Of a DNA stretch of 64,000 nt, positions 50,131-61,497 are shown in pieces; within the stretch, counting starts at the first letter, position 1; every line of letters starts with the position of its first letter. Both the position numbers and the translations under genes were made by a program. Origin of the DNA: an uncultured Gammaproteobacteria bacterium (GTDB taxonomy: Bacteria; Pseudomonadota; Gammaproteobacteria; UBA6002); the NCBI GenBank assembly GCA_963705725.1, contig CAVPKM010000007.1, positions 64,001-128,000 of the forward strand. Direction: 5' to 3'. The notes under the pieces were generated by a model, which was not told the origin of the DNA, made no database searches, and saw only the letters and a program-made list of their open reading frames with translations.

Positions 50131-50400
50131 TTATTCTTTAGGAGTGAAGCCTGGTGGTAGCTCGCTACCCCCACTAAAAAGAAATTTTTTCATTTCTTTA
50201 ACTAGGAATTCTCTGGCATCGGGATCTAACATATTTAATCGATATTCATTAATTAACATAGTTTGATGGCTAAGCCACATTTGCCATGCGTGTTTTGAAA
50301 TATGATCAAAAATTTCTTGACCCAACGCACCAGGAAAGGGGGGGTATTCTAAACCTAACTCTTCAGCGCCTAGCTTCTTGCAAAAAACTGTTCGACTCAT
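50131..50400 (-). CDS. yggX: Oxidative damage protection / Fe(II)-trafficking protein
   Basis: MSRTVFC...[14 protein letters not shown]; next to mutY. Confidence 0.95.
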   Translation of the reverse strand: MSRTVFCKKLGAEELGLEYPPFPGALGQEIFDHISKHAWQMWLSHQTMLINEYRLNMLDPDAREFLVKEMKKFLFSGGSELPPGFTPKE

Positions 50401-50499
50401 ATTACCTCTAATTAATAATGGTTACAGGGCATTATAAATAATTTTCAAAAAAAATCATTTAATAAAATGCGCTCTAGCGCGGTTATTTAATTGACATTT

Positions 50500-51546
50500 C
50501 TATCCAGTGCAGAATTGCAGAATTTTCTTTACTGGAGTGGTTAATCCAATGGCTGGAAGCGCTAGAGGATTCAACCAACGCCCATTATTTTCATTTAACG
50601 ATAAAGTTAAGTTTCTTACCATTAAAATAACCGGTGTAATTTCTAAATGAAAGTGAGTAAAAGTATGGCGAAATTTAGGTTGTAGAGATTTACTTAAAAT
50701 ATGCAAATGATTATCTTTGCAATATTGTTCAATTTTTATTTCTTCGCATTCAGGAAAGCTCCAGAGGCCACCCCATAGCCCGATATTGGGTCGTTTTTCG
50801 AAATAAAATTGTTTTATTTCGTTTTCCAAAATTAACAGACATGTCGTTCTTAAAGGTAGCGCTGCTCTGACTTTTTTTGTTGGAAACTCTTTCGTCATAT
50901 TATTTAAATAAGCTTTACAAGAACCTTGTAAAGGACAAATGTGGCAGGAGGGAGTGGTGCGAGTGCAAAGCGTGGCGCCTAAATCCATTATTGCTTGGGT
51001 ATAGATATGACAATTAGTCTCAGGCGTGTGTTCTTCAGCAAGTTGCCAGAGAAGATTTTCAACTTTTTTATTTCCTGGATAACCCACAATTGCATGATGT
51101 CGGGTGAGTACTCTTTTTACATTACCATCTAGAATTGTTGCTTTTTTTTTGAATGCGATTGAGAGAATTGCACCTGCTGTTGATCGACCAATTCCGGGCA
51201 ACTGCATTAATAACGTAAGAGACATAGGAAATTGTTGTTGATACTGATTACAAATGATTTGAGCAGTTTGATAGAGATGTCGGGCCCTTGCATAATAGCC
51301 AAGACCACTCCAGTAATGCAAGACCTGATCAATACTGGCTTTCGCTAGTGCAAAAACAGTAGGGAAAACAGACATAAATCTTTCAAAGTAAGGAATAACA
51401 GTGGCAACTTGTGTTTGTTGCAGCATGATTTCAGAGACCCATACTTTATATGGCGAAATATCTTGTTGCCAAGGTAAATTTTTTCGGCCAAAAAGAGAGT
51501 GCCAGTTTAAAATTTTTTTTGCGAAATCTGACATAATTAAAATCAA
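50500..51546 (-). CDS. mutY: A/G-specific adenine glycosylase
   Basis: VSEIMLQQTQV, WSGLGYYAR, LPGIGRSTA, DGNVKRV, 4Fe-4S CxxxxxxCxxCxxxxxC; real start may be 51534. Confidence 0.97.
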   Translation of the reverse strand: MILIMSDFAKKILNWHSLFGRKNLPWQQDISPYKVWVSEIMLQQTQVATVIPYFERFMSVFPTVFALAKASIDQVLHYWSGLGYYARARHLYQTAQIICNQYQQQFPMSLTLLMQLPGIGRSTAGAILSIAFKKKATILDGNVKRVLTRHHAIVGYPGNKKVENLLWQLAEEHTPETNCHIYTQAIMDLGATLCTRTTPSCHICPLQGSCKAYLNNMTKEFPTKKVRAALPLRTTCLLILENEIKQFYFEKRPNIGLWGGLWSFPECEEIKIEQYCKDNHLHILSKSLQPKFRHTFTHFHLEITPVILMVRNLTLSLNENNGRWLNPLALPAIGLTTPVKKILQFCTG

Positions 51547-53636
51547 CGATCACCGATTAGCTTGCTTAAGATTTTAGCAGCGGGATATTTTTGAAATTTA
51601 TGTTTCATTTTATCTTGTAATCCATTTTTTAGTTTTTGTAGATGGTCAGTAAGCGGTTTTTCAATTTTTTTGACTAATAGCATTTTTGTAAGTACGGAAA
51701 AATCAAGATTGACATTGGGTTTAATGAATGTGCCGGTGATTTTGATAGGTACGTTATAGGTAGTGATTTCTTTTCCAATTTCTCGGTATTCATCCGATAA
51801 TTTAGGTTGTGCTAGTGCATTAAGATGGTAGCGTATTTCATTTGAGCTAAGATTTGTACTGCCTTTTCCTGAAACTTTTAAATATTCAGAAGTTAATAAA
51901 ATGTCATCTGTAGATAAGATTCCATTAGTAATGAGAGCATTTGCCGAGAGTGCAGAAAAAGCAGTTTTTTTACTATTCGTCATGGAGGGAGGATGTAAAT
52001 GTTTAATAAAAGAATGTGCCTTACTCAATTGGTAAATAATATCAATTCCTCTTAGTGAGCCATCATTTAATATAAATGCAACTTTGCCATTTAGTGTAGA
52101 TAGAAAAGTTCTTTTTCTATCTATTGTTGACGTGAGGTCTAATGTTAGTTCTGCATTGCCAGTTAATTTATCTGCATTAGAAAATTGATGTAATAATTCC
52201 TGGATTTTCAAATTGGTAATCTTTTGTTTGATGAAAACAGTAGTTAAATTAGGCTGGCGTTTATCAATGATTAAGCTGCCATTAATCCTTCCTTGACAGC
52301 AAGAGGCTTGAAGCGGTGAAATGTTAATAATATGATTTGCAGCTGCAATCTGCGCATTAAGATTAGTTAACAATAATTTGTTTACAATAAGTTTTGCAAG
52401 TTGGAACCTGCCTTTAATGGCATAGGTAGCAGGTGGGAGTTTTTTTTCTTTTGATTGATTTTTCGCTATTATTGAAGACGTTTTAGATTTGGTTGATTCA
52501 GTGCAATAATTTTTTAAATCAATGGCATTCGCACTTAAATCAAATAATACGCTTTTATTTTTTTTAGAAACTATAATGGAACCATAAATATCTGTTTGGT
52601 CAATAATGGCATGTAATTGTTGAAATTGAATTATATTCTTCGTCAGACGTAACTTGCTAATTAACGATGCTGAACTGAGCGCCGTAGGGTTTTCAAAATT
52701 TAAATTTTGACCTAGGGCTAGCAGAAATTTATTACCATTAAAGTTGTTAGTGCTAATCAAGCCTGTTAACTGGTCAGGATTATTTTTATCAGTCTCAAGT
52801 TCAAGCCTTCCACTCATATCATTTAGATTGAAATTGAATTTTGCATTTGTAGTTTTTTGAGAAATGTCAGTTGCTAAATCCCCGACTAATTGTAGATGAA
52901 TATTTTTATCTTGAGATTGGCTATTAATTACAAAATTTTTCAAAAAAACTTGTTCTGTATGATGGGGTATTAAAATATTTGCATGGAGTTGAACCGCAAC
53001 ATCCTGCCCCTTTTTCTCTGCAAATTTGAGTTCTAATGCAAATGGGAAAAATTTTCCAAATTGAATGTGATGACTGATCACATTAATCGATGTAAACCTT
53101 GTTTGTGTATGGTCGAGTTGATCTAGCCAATTAATTTTACCGTCTTTGATTCTTAAACTTTCAATGATCATTGTTGCTAATTTATTTGAAGAAAGATTAT
53201 TTTTTTCTGTTATTATTTTTTTATCCGTTTTAGCAAAACTCTGCCAATTGACAGTGCCATCCTTATTTCGTGTGAGATTAATGATCGCGTTATTAAGGGT
53301 GATATTTCCAATTTCAATTTTTTTAGTTAGGAGAGGGATAAGCTTTATTTTCATATCCATTTCTTTAGCTGAAATGAATACTTTAGGCGAGAATTGATGT
53401 GCATTATAATAAAGCAGGTTTTTTACTTTAAGTCCAACCCAGGGAAAAACTGACCATTTTATGTCACCATTAATTACTAGAACTTGACCAGTTTTGGCAA
53501 ATACATATTGACTAATCCGTCCTTTATATTTATTCGGGTCGATATAATGACTTAAATAAAAGGCAGAGCCAATAAGTAAAAAAACGATGAACAATAAAAT
53601 AAGTGCAATCGAACTAATAATTTTTTTCATAATCAC
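51543..53636 (-). CDS. asmA: AsmA-family protein
   Basis: N-terminal TM, DPNKYK...TG...INGDIKWSVFP, C-terminal GxGxxNL/VPIKITGT; asmA-mutY-yggX synteny. Confidence 0.85.
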   Translation of the reverse strand: MIMKKIISSIALILLFIVFLLIGSAFYLSHYIDPNKYKGRISQYVFAKTGQVLVINGDIKWSVFPWVGLKVKNLLYYNAHQFSPKVFISAKEMDMKIKLIPLLTKKIEIGNITLNNAIINLTRNKDGTVNWQSFAKTDKKIITEKNNLSSNKLATMIIESLRIKDGKINWLDQLDHTQTRFTSINVISHHIQFGKFFPFALELKFAEKKGQDVAVQLHANILIPHHTEQVFLKNFVINSQSQDKNIHLQLVGDLATDISQKTTNAKFNFNLNDMSGRLELETDKNNPDQLTGLISTNNFNGNKFLLALGQNLNFENPTALSSASLISKLRLTKNIIQFQQLHAIIDQTDIYGSIIVSKKNKSVLFDLSANAIDLKNYCTESTKSKTSSIIAKNQSKEKKLPPATYAIKGRFQLAKLIVNKLLLTNLNAQIAAANHIINISPLQASCCQGRINGSLIIDKRQPNLTTVFIKQKITNLKIQELLHQFSNADKLTGNAELTLDLTSTIDRKRTFLSTLNGKVAFILNDGSLRGIDIIYQLSKAHSFIKHLHPPSMTNSKKTAFSALSANALITNGILSTDDILLTSEYLKVSGKGSTNLSSNEIRYHLNALAQPKLSDEYREIGKEITTYNVPIKITGTFIKPNVNLDFSVLTKMLLVKKIEKPLTDHLQKLKNGLQDKMKHKFQKYPAAKILSKLIGDR

Positions 53637-53698
53637 ATTATGCTACCTAATATTGTCGTTTGAATCTAGAAAATTTGTCATTCATCATAGGATAAGAA

Positions 53699-54355
53699 AT
53701 GAAGCGAGAATTAAGAAGTTTTATCATTCGTTCACGAATGACTAATCGTCAAAAACAAGCCATGCATGATTATTGGTCTTATTTTGGTATTGAAATAGCC
53801 GCCGAGCTGCTTGATTTGCAAACGATTTTTCAGAATACGGCGCCGATTATTTTAGAAATTGGCTTTGGTATGGGCGGGACGTTATTGCAGCTAGCACAAG
53901 CTTATCCGCAGTATAATTTCCTAGGTGTGGAAGTTCATCCTGCTGGTGTAGGAGCGCTATTAGCGGAATTAGCTGAAAAGCAAATTTTTAATGTGCGAAT
54001 ACTTTTTACGGACGCTGTGCCTATTTTGCAAAATCATATCCCAGATAACAGCTTTAGCCAGATATTATTATTCTTTCCTGACCCTTGGCCAAAGCGAAGA
54101 CACCATAAGCGAAGAATTGTTCATCCAAGTTTTGTTAATTTGATTTATCAAAAACTTTGCAAAGCTGGTTATTTTCATTTGGCAACGGATATTACAAATT
54201 ATGCTGACCATATGGTTAAAGTTCTATCAATGCATCCTGGTTTTGCTATGATTAATGGATGTTCAAGTTACTTACCGCGACCCAAGACCAAGTTTGAAAA
54301 ACGTGGAGAACGCTTAGGGCATAGTATTATTGATCTAGTTTACCAAAAACAGTGA
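53699..54355 (+). CDS. trmB: tRNA (guanine-N7)-methyltransferase
   Basis: LEIGFGMG, GVEVH, FFPDPWPKRRHHKRR, TKFE. Confidence 0.96.
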   Translation: MKRELRSFIIRSRMTNRQKQAMHDYWSYFGIEIAAELLDLQTIFQNTAPIILEIGFGMGGTLLQLAQAYPQYNFLGVEVHPAGVGALLAELAEKQIFNVRILFTDAVPILQNHIPDNSFSQILLFFPDPWPKRRHHKRRIVHPSFVNLIYQKLCKAGYFHLATDITNYADHMVKVLSMHPGFAMINGCSSYLPRPKTKFEKRGERLGHSIIDLVYQKQ

Positions 54356-54391
54356 ATTGATATCTTTTAGTTAGGTTGGAAGGAAAGGATA

Positions 54392-54943
54392 ATGAAAAAA
54401 GGATGTATATTCTTACTCGGACTGTTGATTGCTTCTACTAGCGAGGCAGCAATTGTTCAAGGCATCATTTATGGAACGGTGCCTGGAAACCCTTATATCA
54501 ATGGGACAGCTTCACAAGGCTATGATCTCATTGCGAGGAGGTCTTGTAAGGATATGAGTTGTGTGCAGCAAAATATTAAAGTCATTGACAGCCAGATTGC
54601 GGACCTCTTGGCAAGACGATTAGCCTTTGTGAAAAGAGCAGCGCAACTAAAAGGCACTGCAGTTTTTTCGGGCAATACCCAGCAAAATCCAAATGTGATT
54701 ACCCAAGTAACGAGACAAGCGCAAGCGCAAGGTTATCCTCCTGAAATCGCACAAGCGGTGTTCCAGGAAATTGATAAGCAATCACATGCCTATGAAAATA
54801 AATTTGCGGGTCAAATTCCTCAGCCTTCACCTAATTCCTTAGGTGTGCCAACTCCTAATATCAATAATCCTGTGATTACCCCGACAATTATACCCGGTCA
54901 AGGTATTACTCCAACTGTTACACCAGGAGCGGGCCCCCCTTAA
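54392..54943 (+). CDS. Exported chorismate-mutase (AroQ)-like protein with Pro/Thr-rich tail
   Basis: Signal peptide ending SEA; IDSQIADLLARRLAFVKRAAQLK AroQ helix. Confidence 0.65.
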   Translation: MKKGCIFLLGLLIASTSEAAIVQGIIYGTVPGNPYINGTASQGYDLIARRSCKDMSCVQQNIKVIDSQIADLLARRLAFVKRAAQLKGTAVFSGNTQQNPNVITQVTRQAQAQGYPPEIAQAVFQEIDKQSHAYENKFAGQIPQPSPNSLGVPTPNINNPVITPTIIPGQGITPTVTPGAGPP

Positions 54944-54966
54944 GAATTGACTAAAAACAATGAAGT

Positions 54967-56097
54967 TTAATAGAAAATTTGAAGCAAATCATTTAAAAAG
55001 CGTTTTCCCAGTTCGGTTGTGATCAATGCGTTATCAGTACTAATGAGCAAACCTTTTTGAGTAGCGATATTAATTTGATGTTCGATAGCGGATAAGGGTA
55101 AACCTGTTCTTTCTTGAAATAAAAGCTTTGGGATGGGCTCATAAAGTCGCAAGGCATTTAATAAAAATTCTAAGGGTTTTTCCTGATCAGTCACAATTTT
55201 TTCTTCATCTGTAAATTGTTTTCCGTGGAGGTAATGTTTGGGATGACGGATTTTTCTTTTACGAAGGATTTGATGCGTGTCAAATAAAGTAATTTTACTA
55301 TGGGCACCTGCTCCAATGCCGAGGTAATCTCCGTACTCCCAATAATTGCGATTATGCAAGCATTGATAATGAGGTTCGCTGTAGGCTGAGATTTCGTATT
55401 GAGATAAGCCGTGAGCGTGAAGCAAGGCTTGTCCTTGCTCTTGCATTTTCCAAATTAAATCATCCGGAGGTAAGCTTGGCGGAAATTGTGCAAAGTAAGT
55501 ATTTGACTCGATGGTGAGTTGATACCAAGATAAATGTTTGGGTTGAAAAGATAGGGCAATTTCTAGGTCAAGTAGAGCCTCATCCGGGGTTTGTTCAGGT
55601 AGTCCAAACATCAAATCTAAATTGAAATTCTCAAATCCTGCTTCTTTAGCAATTAAAATCGCTTCCCTTGCTTCTTTCCCATCATGCACCCTGCCAAGGG
55701 AGTGCAGCTTGTCTTCCAGAAAGCTTTGTATTCCAAGTGAAAGGCGATTTATTCCAATTTGTCGATAAGCTTTAAATTTTTTTTGTTCCACCGTACTTGG
55801 GTTGGCTTCTAAAGTGATTTCAAGATTGGGAGTGAGTGGCAATCGAGCATTGATTTCTTGAAGTAAATGATCAATGGCTTCTACAGAAAATAGGCTAGGA
55901 GTCCCGCCGCCCATAAAAATTGTGGTAATTTTACGCCCCCAAATAGTTGGCAGCGCTTGTTCTAGGTCTTGGATGAGGGTATGAATATATTCTTCTTCAG
56001 GTAGCGACTGGTTTATTGGATGTGAATTGAAGTCACAATAGGGGCATTTTTTAATACACCAAGGAAAATGGATATAAAGGCTTAAGGGAATAGTCAT
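54967..56097 (-). CDS. hemW: Radical SAM heme chaperone
   Basis: LYIHFPWCIKKCPYCDFNSH, GGGTPS, YEISAY, HNRNYW; start set at MTIPLSLY. Confidence 0.93.
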   Translation of the reverse strand: MTIPLSLYIHFPWCIKKCPYCDFNSHPINQSLPEEEYIHTLIQDLEQALPTIWGRKITTIFMGGGTPSLFSVEAIDHLLQEINARLPLTPNLEITLEANPSTVEQKKFKAYRQIGINRLSLGIQSFLEDKLHSLGRVHDGKEAREAILIAKEAGFENFNLDLMFGLPEQTPDEALLDLEIALSFQPKHLSWYQLTIESNTYFAQFPPSLPPDDLIWKMQEQGQALLHAHGLSQYEISAYSEPHYQCLHNRNYWEYGDYLGIGAGAHSKITLFDTHQILRKRKIRHPKHYLHGKQFTDEEKIVTDQEKPLEFLLNALRLYEPIPKLLFQERTGLPLSAIEHQINIATQKGLLISTDNALITTELGKRFLNDLLQIFY

Positions 56098-56175
56098 GCT
56101 CACAATCTTATCCTGCTTTAAATTCAATGGCAAATCACGTATAACGTTCATTAGAATTCTATGAGGGCAATTTAG

Positions 56176-56718
56176 ATGCGCAAAAAACCGATTATCCTTG
56201 AAACTAGGGTGATTGCTAATACACAAATTTTTCAAGTTGAAGAGGTTCGTTTGCGTTTTTCAAATGGGGTAGAAAGGCGGTACGAACGTTTAAAGGGTCA
56301 AAGGCATGAATCTGTTTTAATCGTGCCTGTTCTTGATAAAGATACCATTTTATTAGTAAAGGAATACGGGGTAGGAGTAGAGGAATATTATCTTGGGCTG
56401 CCTAAAGGATCGGTTGACCAGGGTGAAGATGTCTTAACTGCGGCTAATCGAGAATTAATGGAAGAAACTGGTTATGGTGCAAACAAACTACAATTAATGA
56501 AATCTCTTTCATCGGCGCCTTCGTATACTGTACGTAAAATGTCTGTAGTGATAGCAACAGATCTTTATCAAAAAAGTTTGATTGGCGATGAGCCTGAAGA
56601 AATTGAAGTTATTCCATGGAAATTAAGTGCACTCCATCAACTAATTGAACGTGAGGATTTTCATGAGGCAAGAAGTATTGCTGCTTTATATATGGTTCGC
56701 GACATGTTAAACAAATAA
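56176..56718 (+). CDS. nudE: ADP compounds hydrolase (Nudix)
   Basis: LRFSNGVERRYERL; Nudix box GEDVLTAANRELMEETGY; GDEPE. Confidence 0.92.
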   Translation: MRKKPIILETRVIANTQIFQVEEVRLRFSNGVERRYERLKGQRHESVLIVPVLDKDTILLVKEYGVGVEEYYLGLPKGSVDQGEDVLTAANRELMEETGYGANKLQLMKSLSSAPSYTVRKMSVVIATDLYQKSLIGDEPEEIEVIPWKLSALHQLIEREDFHEARSIAALYMVRDMLNK

Positions 56719-56773
56719 TAACTATTCGGCACAGGACTGAACGTCCATAAATAACTATTATTAGGAGAAATCA

Positions 56774-57769
56774 ATGACCATAAAAAAACATGTAAAAATT
56801 GCCATAACAGGAGCGGCAGGCCACATTGGTTATGCGCTTGTTTTTCGCATTGCAAGTGGAGTGATGTTTGGACCTGATACGCGAGTTGATCTGCATTTGC
56901 TTGAGTTAGAGTCAGCACTGCCGGCATTGGATGGGGTAAGAAAGGAGCTTGAAGATTGTGCTTTTCCCTTGTTAGGAAATATTGTTTGTACAGCAGACTT
57001 AAGCGTTGGGATGAAGGATGCTAATTGGGTTATTTTAGTCGGTGCAGTTCCGCGAAAAGAGGGGATGGAGCGGTCTGATTTGCTAAAAATTAATGGAGGA
57101 ATATTCACCAATCAAGGTCGAGCAATTAATGATTACGCATCAGATGATGTGCGTGTATTAGTTGTTGGAAATCCTTGTAACACTAACTGTTTAATTGCCA
57201 TGAATCATGCACCTGACATGCCAAATGATCGCTTTTTCGCTATGACGATGTTGGATGAGAATCGAGCGAAAGCGCAGCTCGCACTAAAAGCAGGAGTGCA
57301 AGTGACGACAGTCAAAAATATGAATATTTGGGGCAATCATTCCTCCACCCAATATCCAGACTTTTATAATGCAATAATTAATGATAAGCCAGCTATAGAA
57401 GTTATCCCTGATGAATCTTGGCTACAAACTAAATTTGTTGAAATTATTCAAAAACGTGGCGCAGAAATTATTAAAGCACGTGGTTTATCTTCTGCCGCTT
57501 CTGCAGCGAATGCCATCATTGCAAGTGTAAATAATATCATTTTTGATACAGTTGGCATGGAAACTTATTCTTTATGCGTTTGTTCAAATGGCCAATATGG
57601 TGTGGATAAAGGTTTAATCTTCTCCTTTCCTTGTCGTACAGAAAATGGCGAAATCGTCGTAGTGCAAAATTTAGAGCATAATGAATTTGGAAAAAAGAAA
57701 TTAGCGATAACCCTTGATGAGTTACGTCAAGAAAGAGATACAGTGAAGGAAATGGGCTTGATTGAGTAA
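56774..57769 (+). CDS. mdh: Malate dehydrogenase (type 2)
   Basis: [34 protein letters not shown]. Confidence 0.96.
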   Translation: MTIKKHVKIAITGAAGHIGYALVFRIASGVMFGPDTRVDLHLLELESALPALDGVRKELEDCAFPLLGNIVCTADLSVGMKDANWVILVGAVPRKEGMERSDLLKINGGIFTNQGRAINDYASDDVRVLVVGNPCNTNCLIAMNHAPDMPNDRFFAMTMLDENRAKAQLALKAGVQVTTVKNMNIWGNHSSTQYPDFYNAIINDKPAIEVIPDESWLQTKFVEIIQKRGAEIIKARGLSSAASAANAIIASVNNIIFDTVGMETYSLCVCSNGQYGVDKGLIFSFPCRTENGEIVVVQNLEHNEFGKKKLAITLDELRQERDTVKEMGLIE

Positions 57770-58268
57770 AAAAATGGGAGTAGTACTTGCTTTACAAGAT
57801 CTTGCCGCGCCAGAGGGGGTGTGTTTTGGTTGCGGCCCGAAAAGTGTGCATGGCTTGAGAATCAAAAGTTATTGGCATGCGGACAATACGCATGTTGTGA
57901 CAACCTATGCACCAGATTCGCGTTATGTCGGCCATCCGTCTTTAGTTTATGGAGGGCTGATTAGCTGTCTGGTCGATTGTCATTCAAATTGGACGGTAAT
58001 AGCAAATCACTATCGCTGCGAAGGCCGTGAAGATGGAACATTTCCACGCATTGATTGTGTAACTGGTACATTGAGCGTGAAATATATCAAGCCAACGCCA
58101 ATGGGTGTACCACTCATGCTTAAGGCACGCGTTGAAGGTGAGATAAAGCGCGCGACCCGTGTGCTGTGCGAAGTATATGCGGGAAATACTTTGACAGCGC
58201 TCGGTGACTCGGTATTTGTAAAAGTAGATATAGGACATTTAGCAAAAACAGCACGTAACTCTGGCTAA
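57762..58268 (+). CDS. PaaI/hotdog-fold thioesterase
   Basis: CFGCG...[20 protein letters not shown]. Confidence 0.85.
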   Translation: MSKKMGVVLALQDLAAPEGVCFGCGPKSVHGLRIKSYWHADNTHVVTTYAPDSRYVGHPSLVYGGLISCLVDCHSNWTVIANHYRCEGREDGTFPRIDCVTGTLSVKYIKPTPMGVPLMLKARVEGEIKRATRVLCEVYAGNTLTALGDSVFVKVDIGHLAKTARNSG

Positions 58269-58305
58269 AATTTGAACGTTTAGCGAATTCTGGCATTTGT
58301 GCTGA

Positions 58306-59064
58306 TTAGACCCAAATAGCTAATAGGCCCATTAATCCCATTCCAAGCAGTAAGGATGAAAAATCATTAAGATTTTGCTTCAGACGATGAAATTTGAATT
58401 GTTGAATAAGTGCATCCAGTGCTCCAATATAGAGAAAAGTTCCTGCAGCCAAAGCATTTAAGCTAGATTGCATTAAAATACCACCACGATTCGTCAGCAA
58501 ACTAATTACTTCAGATGCAAGCGCAATGCCAAAGGGCGTCATGAAGGCATAGAGTAAGATAATAGAAGTGCTATGTTTTGGGAAAATTTGATATCTTTTT
58601 AATGTATTTGCTAATGCAAAACTGTCGCAACTTTTATGGGCTGCGATAGCAATGAAAATAACAAGTGCGCTGGCGATGGTAGTGTTGATTCCAAGGGTAA
58701 TGCCTTCGATAACGGAGTGAATGCAAAGCACGATAAGAATGATGCCGCCATTTAATTTAGAATGATCAGAATTTTGTTTAAAATAGAGAGTGAAATATTT
58801 GACTAATTGCAGCAAGATAAAGCCTGCAAGGCAAAGTAAGATTGCATAAGGGTAGGGTTTAAGGCCAAGGCTTAAAAATCCTGCTTGCGCATCGGGTAGC
58901 ATGTGAAAGATAGCTGCACCGAGGAAGATTCCGTTGGTAATTGAGTCTGTAATATGGTGCGATCCATCATGATGATGTTGCATTTTCATGGGCAATAAGC
59001 CTGCCAAGGCTGCCACTGTTAAAATGATAACGCCAGCCAGTATCTTAAATGTTATTATCGACAT
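58306..59064 (-). CDS. ZIP-family metal transporter
   Basis: GIFLGAAIFHMLPDA, IHSVIEGITLG, HKSCD, AAGTFLY. Confidence 0.9.
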   Translation of the reverse strand: MSIITFKILAGVIILTVAALAGLLPMKMQHHHDGSHHITDSITNGIFLGAAIFHMLPDAQAGFLSLGLKPYPYAILLCLAGFILLQLVKYFTLYFKQNSDHSKLNGGIILIVLCIHSVIEGITLGINTTIASALVIFIAIAAHKSCDSFALANTLKRYQIFPKHSTSIILLYAFMTPFGIALASEVISLLTNRGGILMQSSLNALAAGTFLYIGALDALIQQFKFHRLKQNLNDFSSLLLGMGLMGLLAIWV

Positions 59065-59188
59065 GCTTTCTACTTTAAGTCAGTATTGAATCGTTTTATT
59101 GCTCAAGGCTATAATAACCAAATCGACATAATCTTTCTAACAAATCCCGCACATAAGTAGAATCAATCTTACGAATAAAGGATCCATA

Positions 59189-60136
59189 ATGAATTTTAAC
59201 TTTCTGGAGTTCGAAAAACCCATCGTAGAGCTAGAAGCCAAAATTGAAGAACTAAGGAGAGTAGGAACGGATACGGAGTTAAATATTATTGAAGAAATTA
59301 CTCTTTTAGAACGTAAAAAAGAGGAATTACAACGAACCGTTTTTTCTCATCTTACCCCAGTTCAAACCTTACAAGTTGCCCGGCATCCGTTACGCCCTTA
59401 TACATTTGACTATATTTCTAGAATTTTTACTGATTTTACTGAGCTTCATGGTGATCGCCATTTCAATGCTTCACCCACTATCGTCGGTGGGCTAGCGCGA
59501 CTCGCAGGTCAGTCGGTTATGATTCTCGGTCATCAAAAGGGTCGTAATACAAAGGAAAAACTAGAACGTAATTTTGGTATGCCAAAACCTGAGGATTACC
59601 GTAAAGCCTTGCGTTTGATGAAAATGGCGCAGTCTTTCAAATTACCTGTTATTACTTTTATTGATACGCCTGGCGCATACCCAGGAATTGGTGCTGAAGA
59701 AAGAAACCAAAGCGAAGCGATTGCAAGGAATTTGTATGAAATGTCCTTACTCCAAACTCCAATTATCTGCATTGTCATTGGGGAAGGAGGTTCTGGAGGT
59801 GCTTTGGCAATTGGAGTAGGCGATCGCGTCTTAATGCTTCAGTACAGTGTGTACTCAGTGATTTCCCCCGAAGGCTGTGCTTCTATCTTATGGAAAAGTG
59901 CAGACAAGGCATCGCTTGCTGCAGAAGCGATGGGTGTGACTGCAGATCGCATTCTTAAGCTTGGATTAATTAATGGCATAATATCTGAACCACTAGGTGG
60001 TGCGCATCGAAACTACGATCAAATAGCCACTAGAATCAAAGAAACCTTACTGCTAAATCTTGAGGAGCTAAAAAGAAAATCGATGGATCAATTAATGCAA
60101 GAACGCTATCAAAGATTAATGTCATTTGGTTGTTGA
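59189..60136 (+). CDS. accA: Acetyl-CoA carboxylase carboxyltransferase alpha
   Basis: [31 protein letters not shown]. Confidence 0.97.
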   Translation: MNFNFLEFEKPIVELEAKIEELRRVGTDTELNIIEEITLLERKKEELQRTVFSHLTPVQTLQVARHPLRPYTFDYISRIFTDFTELHGDRHFNASPTIVGGLARLAGQSVMILGHQKGRNTKEKLERNFGMPKPEDYRKALRLMKMAQSFKLPVITFIDTPGAYPGIGAEERNQSEAIARNLYEMSLLQTPIICIVIGEGGSGGALAIGVGDRVLMLQYSVYSVISPEGCASILWKSADKASLAAEAMGVTADRILKLGLINGIISEPLGGAHRNYDQIATRIKETLLLNLEELKRKSMDQLMQERYQRLMSFGC

Positions 60137-61449
60137 TTGGTAACCATTCAGCTGCGACAACGCATAAAATCAATCACGAAGGGTATATGGTATTAACATT
60201 TATAAAACAATTACGTGCGGTGACATCTTTAAAAAACTTTTGTCTTGCTTTTAGTGGCGGTGTGGATTCTACAGTGCTTGTGCATCTATTTAATAAATTT
60301 AAACAAATTGAACCGAACCTCTCGTTGCGCGCTATTCACGTGCATCATGGTTTGAATCAATTTGCTGATGACTGGGTGATCAGTTGCCAAGATATATGTG
60401 ATCGCTATCACATGCCATTGCTTATTACTTATTTGAATCTACCCAAAAAAACAAAATACAGCCTTGAAGAGCTAGCTCGCATTGAACGCTATCAAATTTT
60501 CAAAACAGAACTTCGTCAAAATGAAGTATTAGTAACTGCTCATCATCAAGAAGATCAAGCAGAAACATTATTATTGCAATTATTTAGAGGAGCGGGGCCA
60601 AAAGGGTTGGCTTCCATGCCAATGCTGACAAATTTTGGACAGGGATTTTTGCTGCGGCCATTATTAAATTTCGCAAAAAAAAAATTATTACAATTTGCTG
60701 AAAAAGAGAATCTAAACTGGATTGAAGATGAAAGTAATCGAGATTCAGCTTTTGATCGCAACTTTTTACGCCAACAAATATTTCCTCTTCTTACACAAAG
60801 ATGGCCATCTATTTCAAAAAATTTAGCAAGATCAGCCTGGCATTGTGCGCAAGCAGATCATTTCATCGAAGCGAAAATCAAGTTGTTTTTCGAAGAAATT
60901 TTTTCATCTGAATCAAAAACATTAGATATTTTTAAACTAATTCAACATGATTTTGTCACACAATCCTACATAGTAAGATTTTGGCTAAAATTTTTGAAAT
61001 TTCCTCTTCCAAATACTAAAAAAATTTTTATGTTACTTGAGCAAATGGTCAATGCGAAAATTGATTCCATGCCTTTACTTTGCTGGCAAGAGGTAGAGAT
61101 ACGTCGATTTAAGGGACAGCTTTATGCTATGCCCTCATTGCCGGCTCATGATGTGACCAAGATAATCCCCTGGGATCTCAAGGCCGATTTGGTTTTAGAT
61201 CAAGATAAAATTATTACGCGCCATGAACTAACAGAATTAGGCTTACACTTAGCAGATCTTCAAAATGTGACAATTCGCTATCGTCGTGGAGGAGAAAACT
61301 GCCGATTACCTGGACGACACCACCACCATGCATTAAAAAAACTTTTGCAAGCGTGGCGTGTGCCTCCTTGGGAGAGAGATCGAATCCCTTTACTCTATAC
61401 TAACGAAATGTTATGCGCGATTGTGGGTTATACGGCTTGTGGGACCTAA
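60130..61449 (+). CDS. tilS: tRNA(Ile)-lysidine synthetase
   Basis: [32 protein letters not shown]; real start may be ATG ~60187. Confidence 0.95.
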   Translation: MLIGNHSAATTHKINHEGYMVLTFIKQLRAVTSLKNFCLAFSGGVDSTVLVHLFNKFKQIEPNLSLRAIHVHHGLNQFADDWVISCQDICDRYHMPLLITYLNLPKKTKYSLEELARIERYQIFKTELRQNEVLVTAHHQEDQAETLLLQLFRGAGPKGLASMPMLTNFGQGFLLRPLLNFAKKKLLQFAEKENLNWIEDESNRDSAFDRNFLRQQIFPLLTQRWPSISKNLARSAWHCAQADHFIEAKIKLFFEEIFSSESKTLDIFKLIQHDFVTQSYIVRFWLKFLKFPLPNTKKIFMLLEQMVNAKIDSMPLLCWQEVEIRRFKGQLYAMPSLPAHDVTKIIPWDLKADLVLDQDKIITRHELTELGLHLADLQNVTIRYRRGGENCRLPGRHHHHALKKLLQAWRVPPWERDRIPLLYTNEMLCAIVGYTACGT

Positions 61450-61497
61450 TTAGTGTTTTAGCAATTTTTTGTAACTATTCAACCCTGTGCTAAATAG

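Noticed and set aside
56098-56235. N-terminal extension of HemW overlapping nudE
   Set aside because: Artefact of an upstream alternative start; homology begins at MTIPLSLY (56097).
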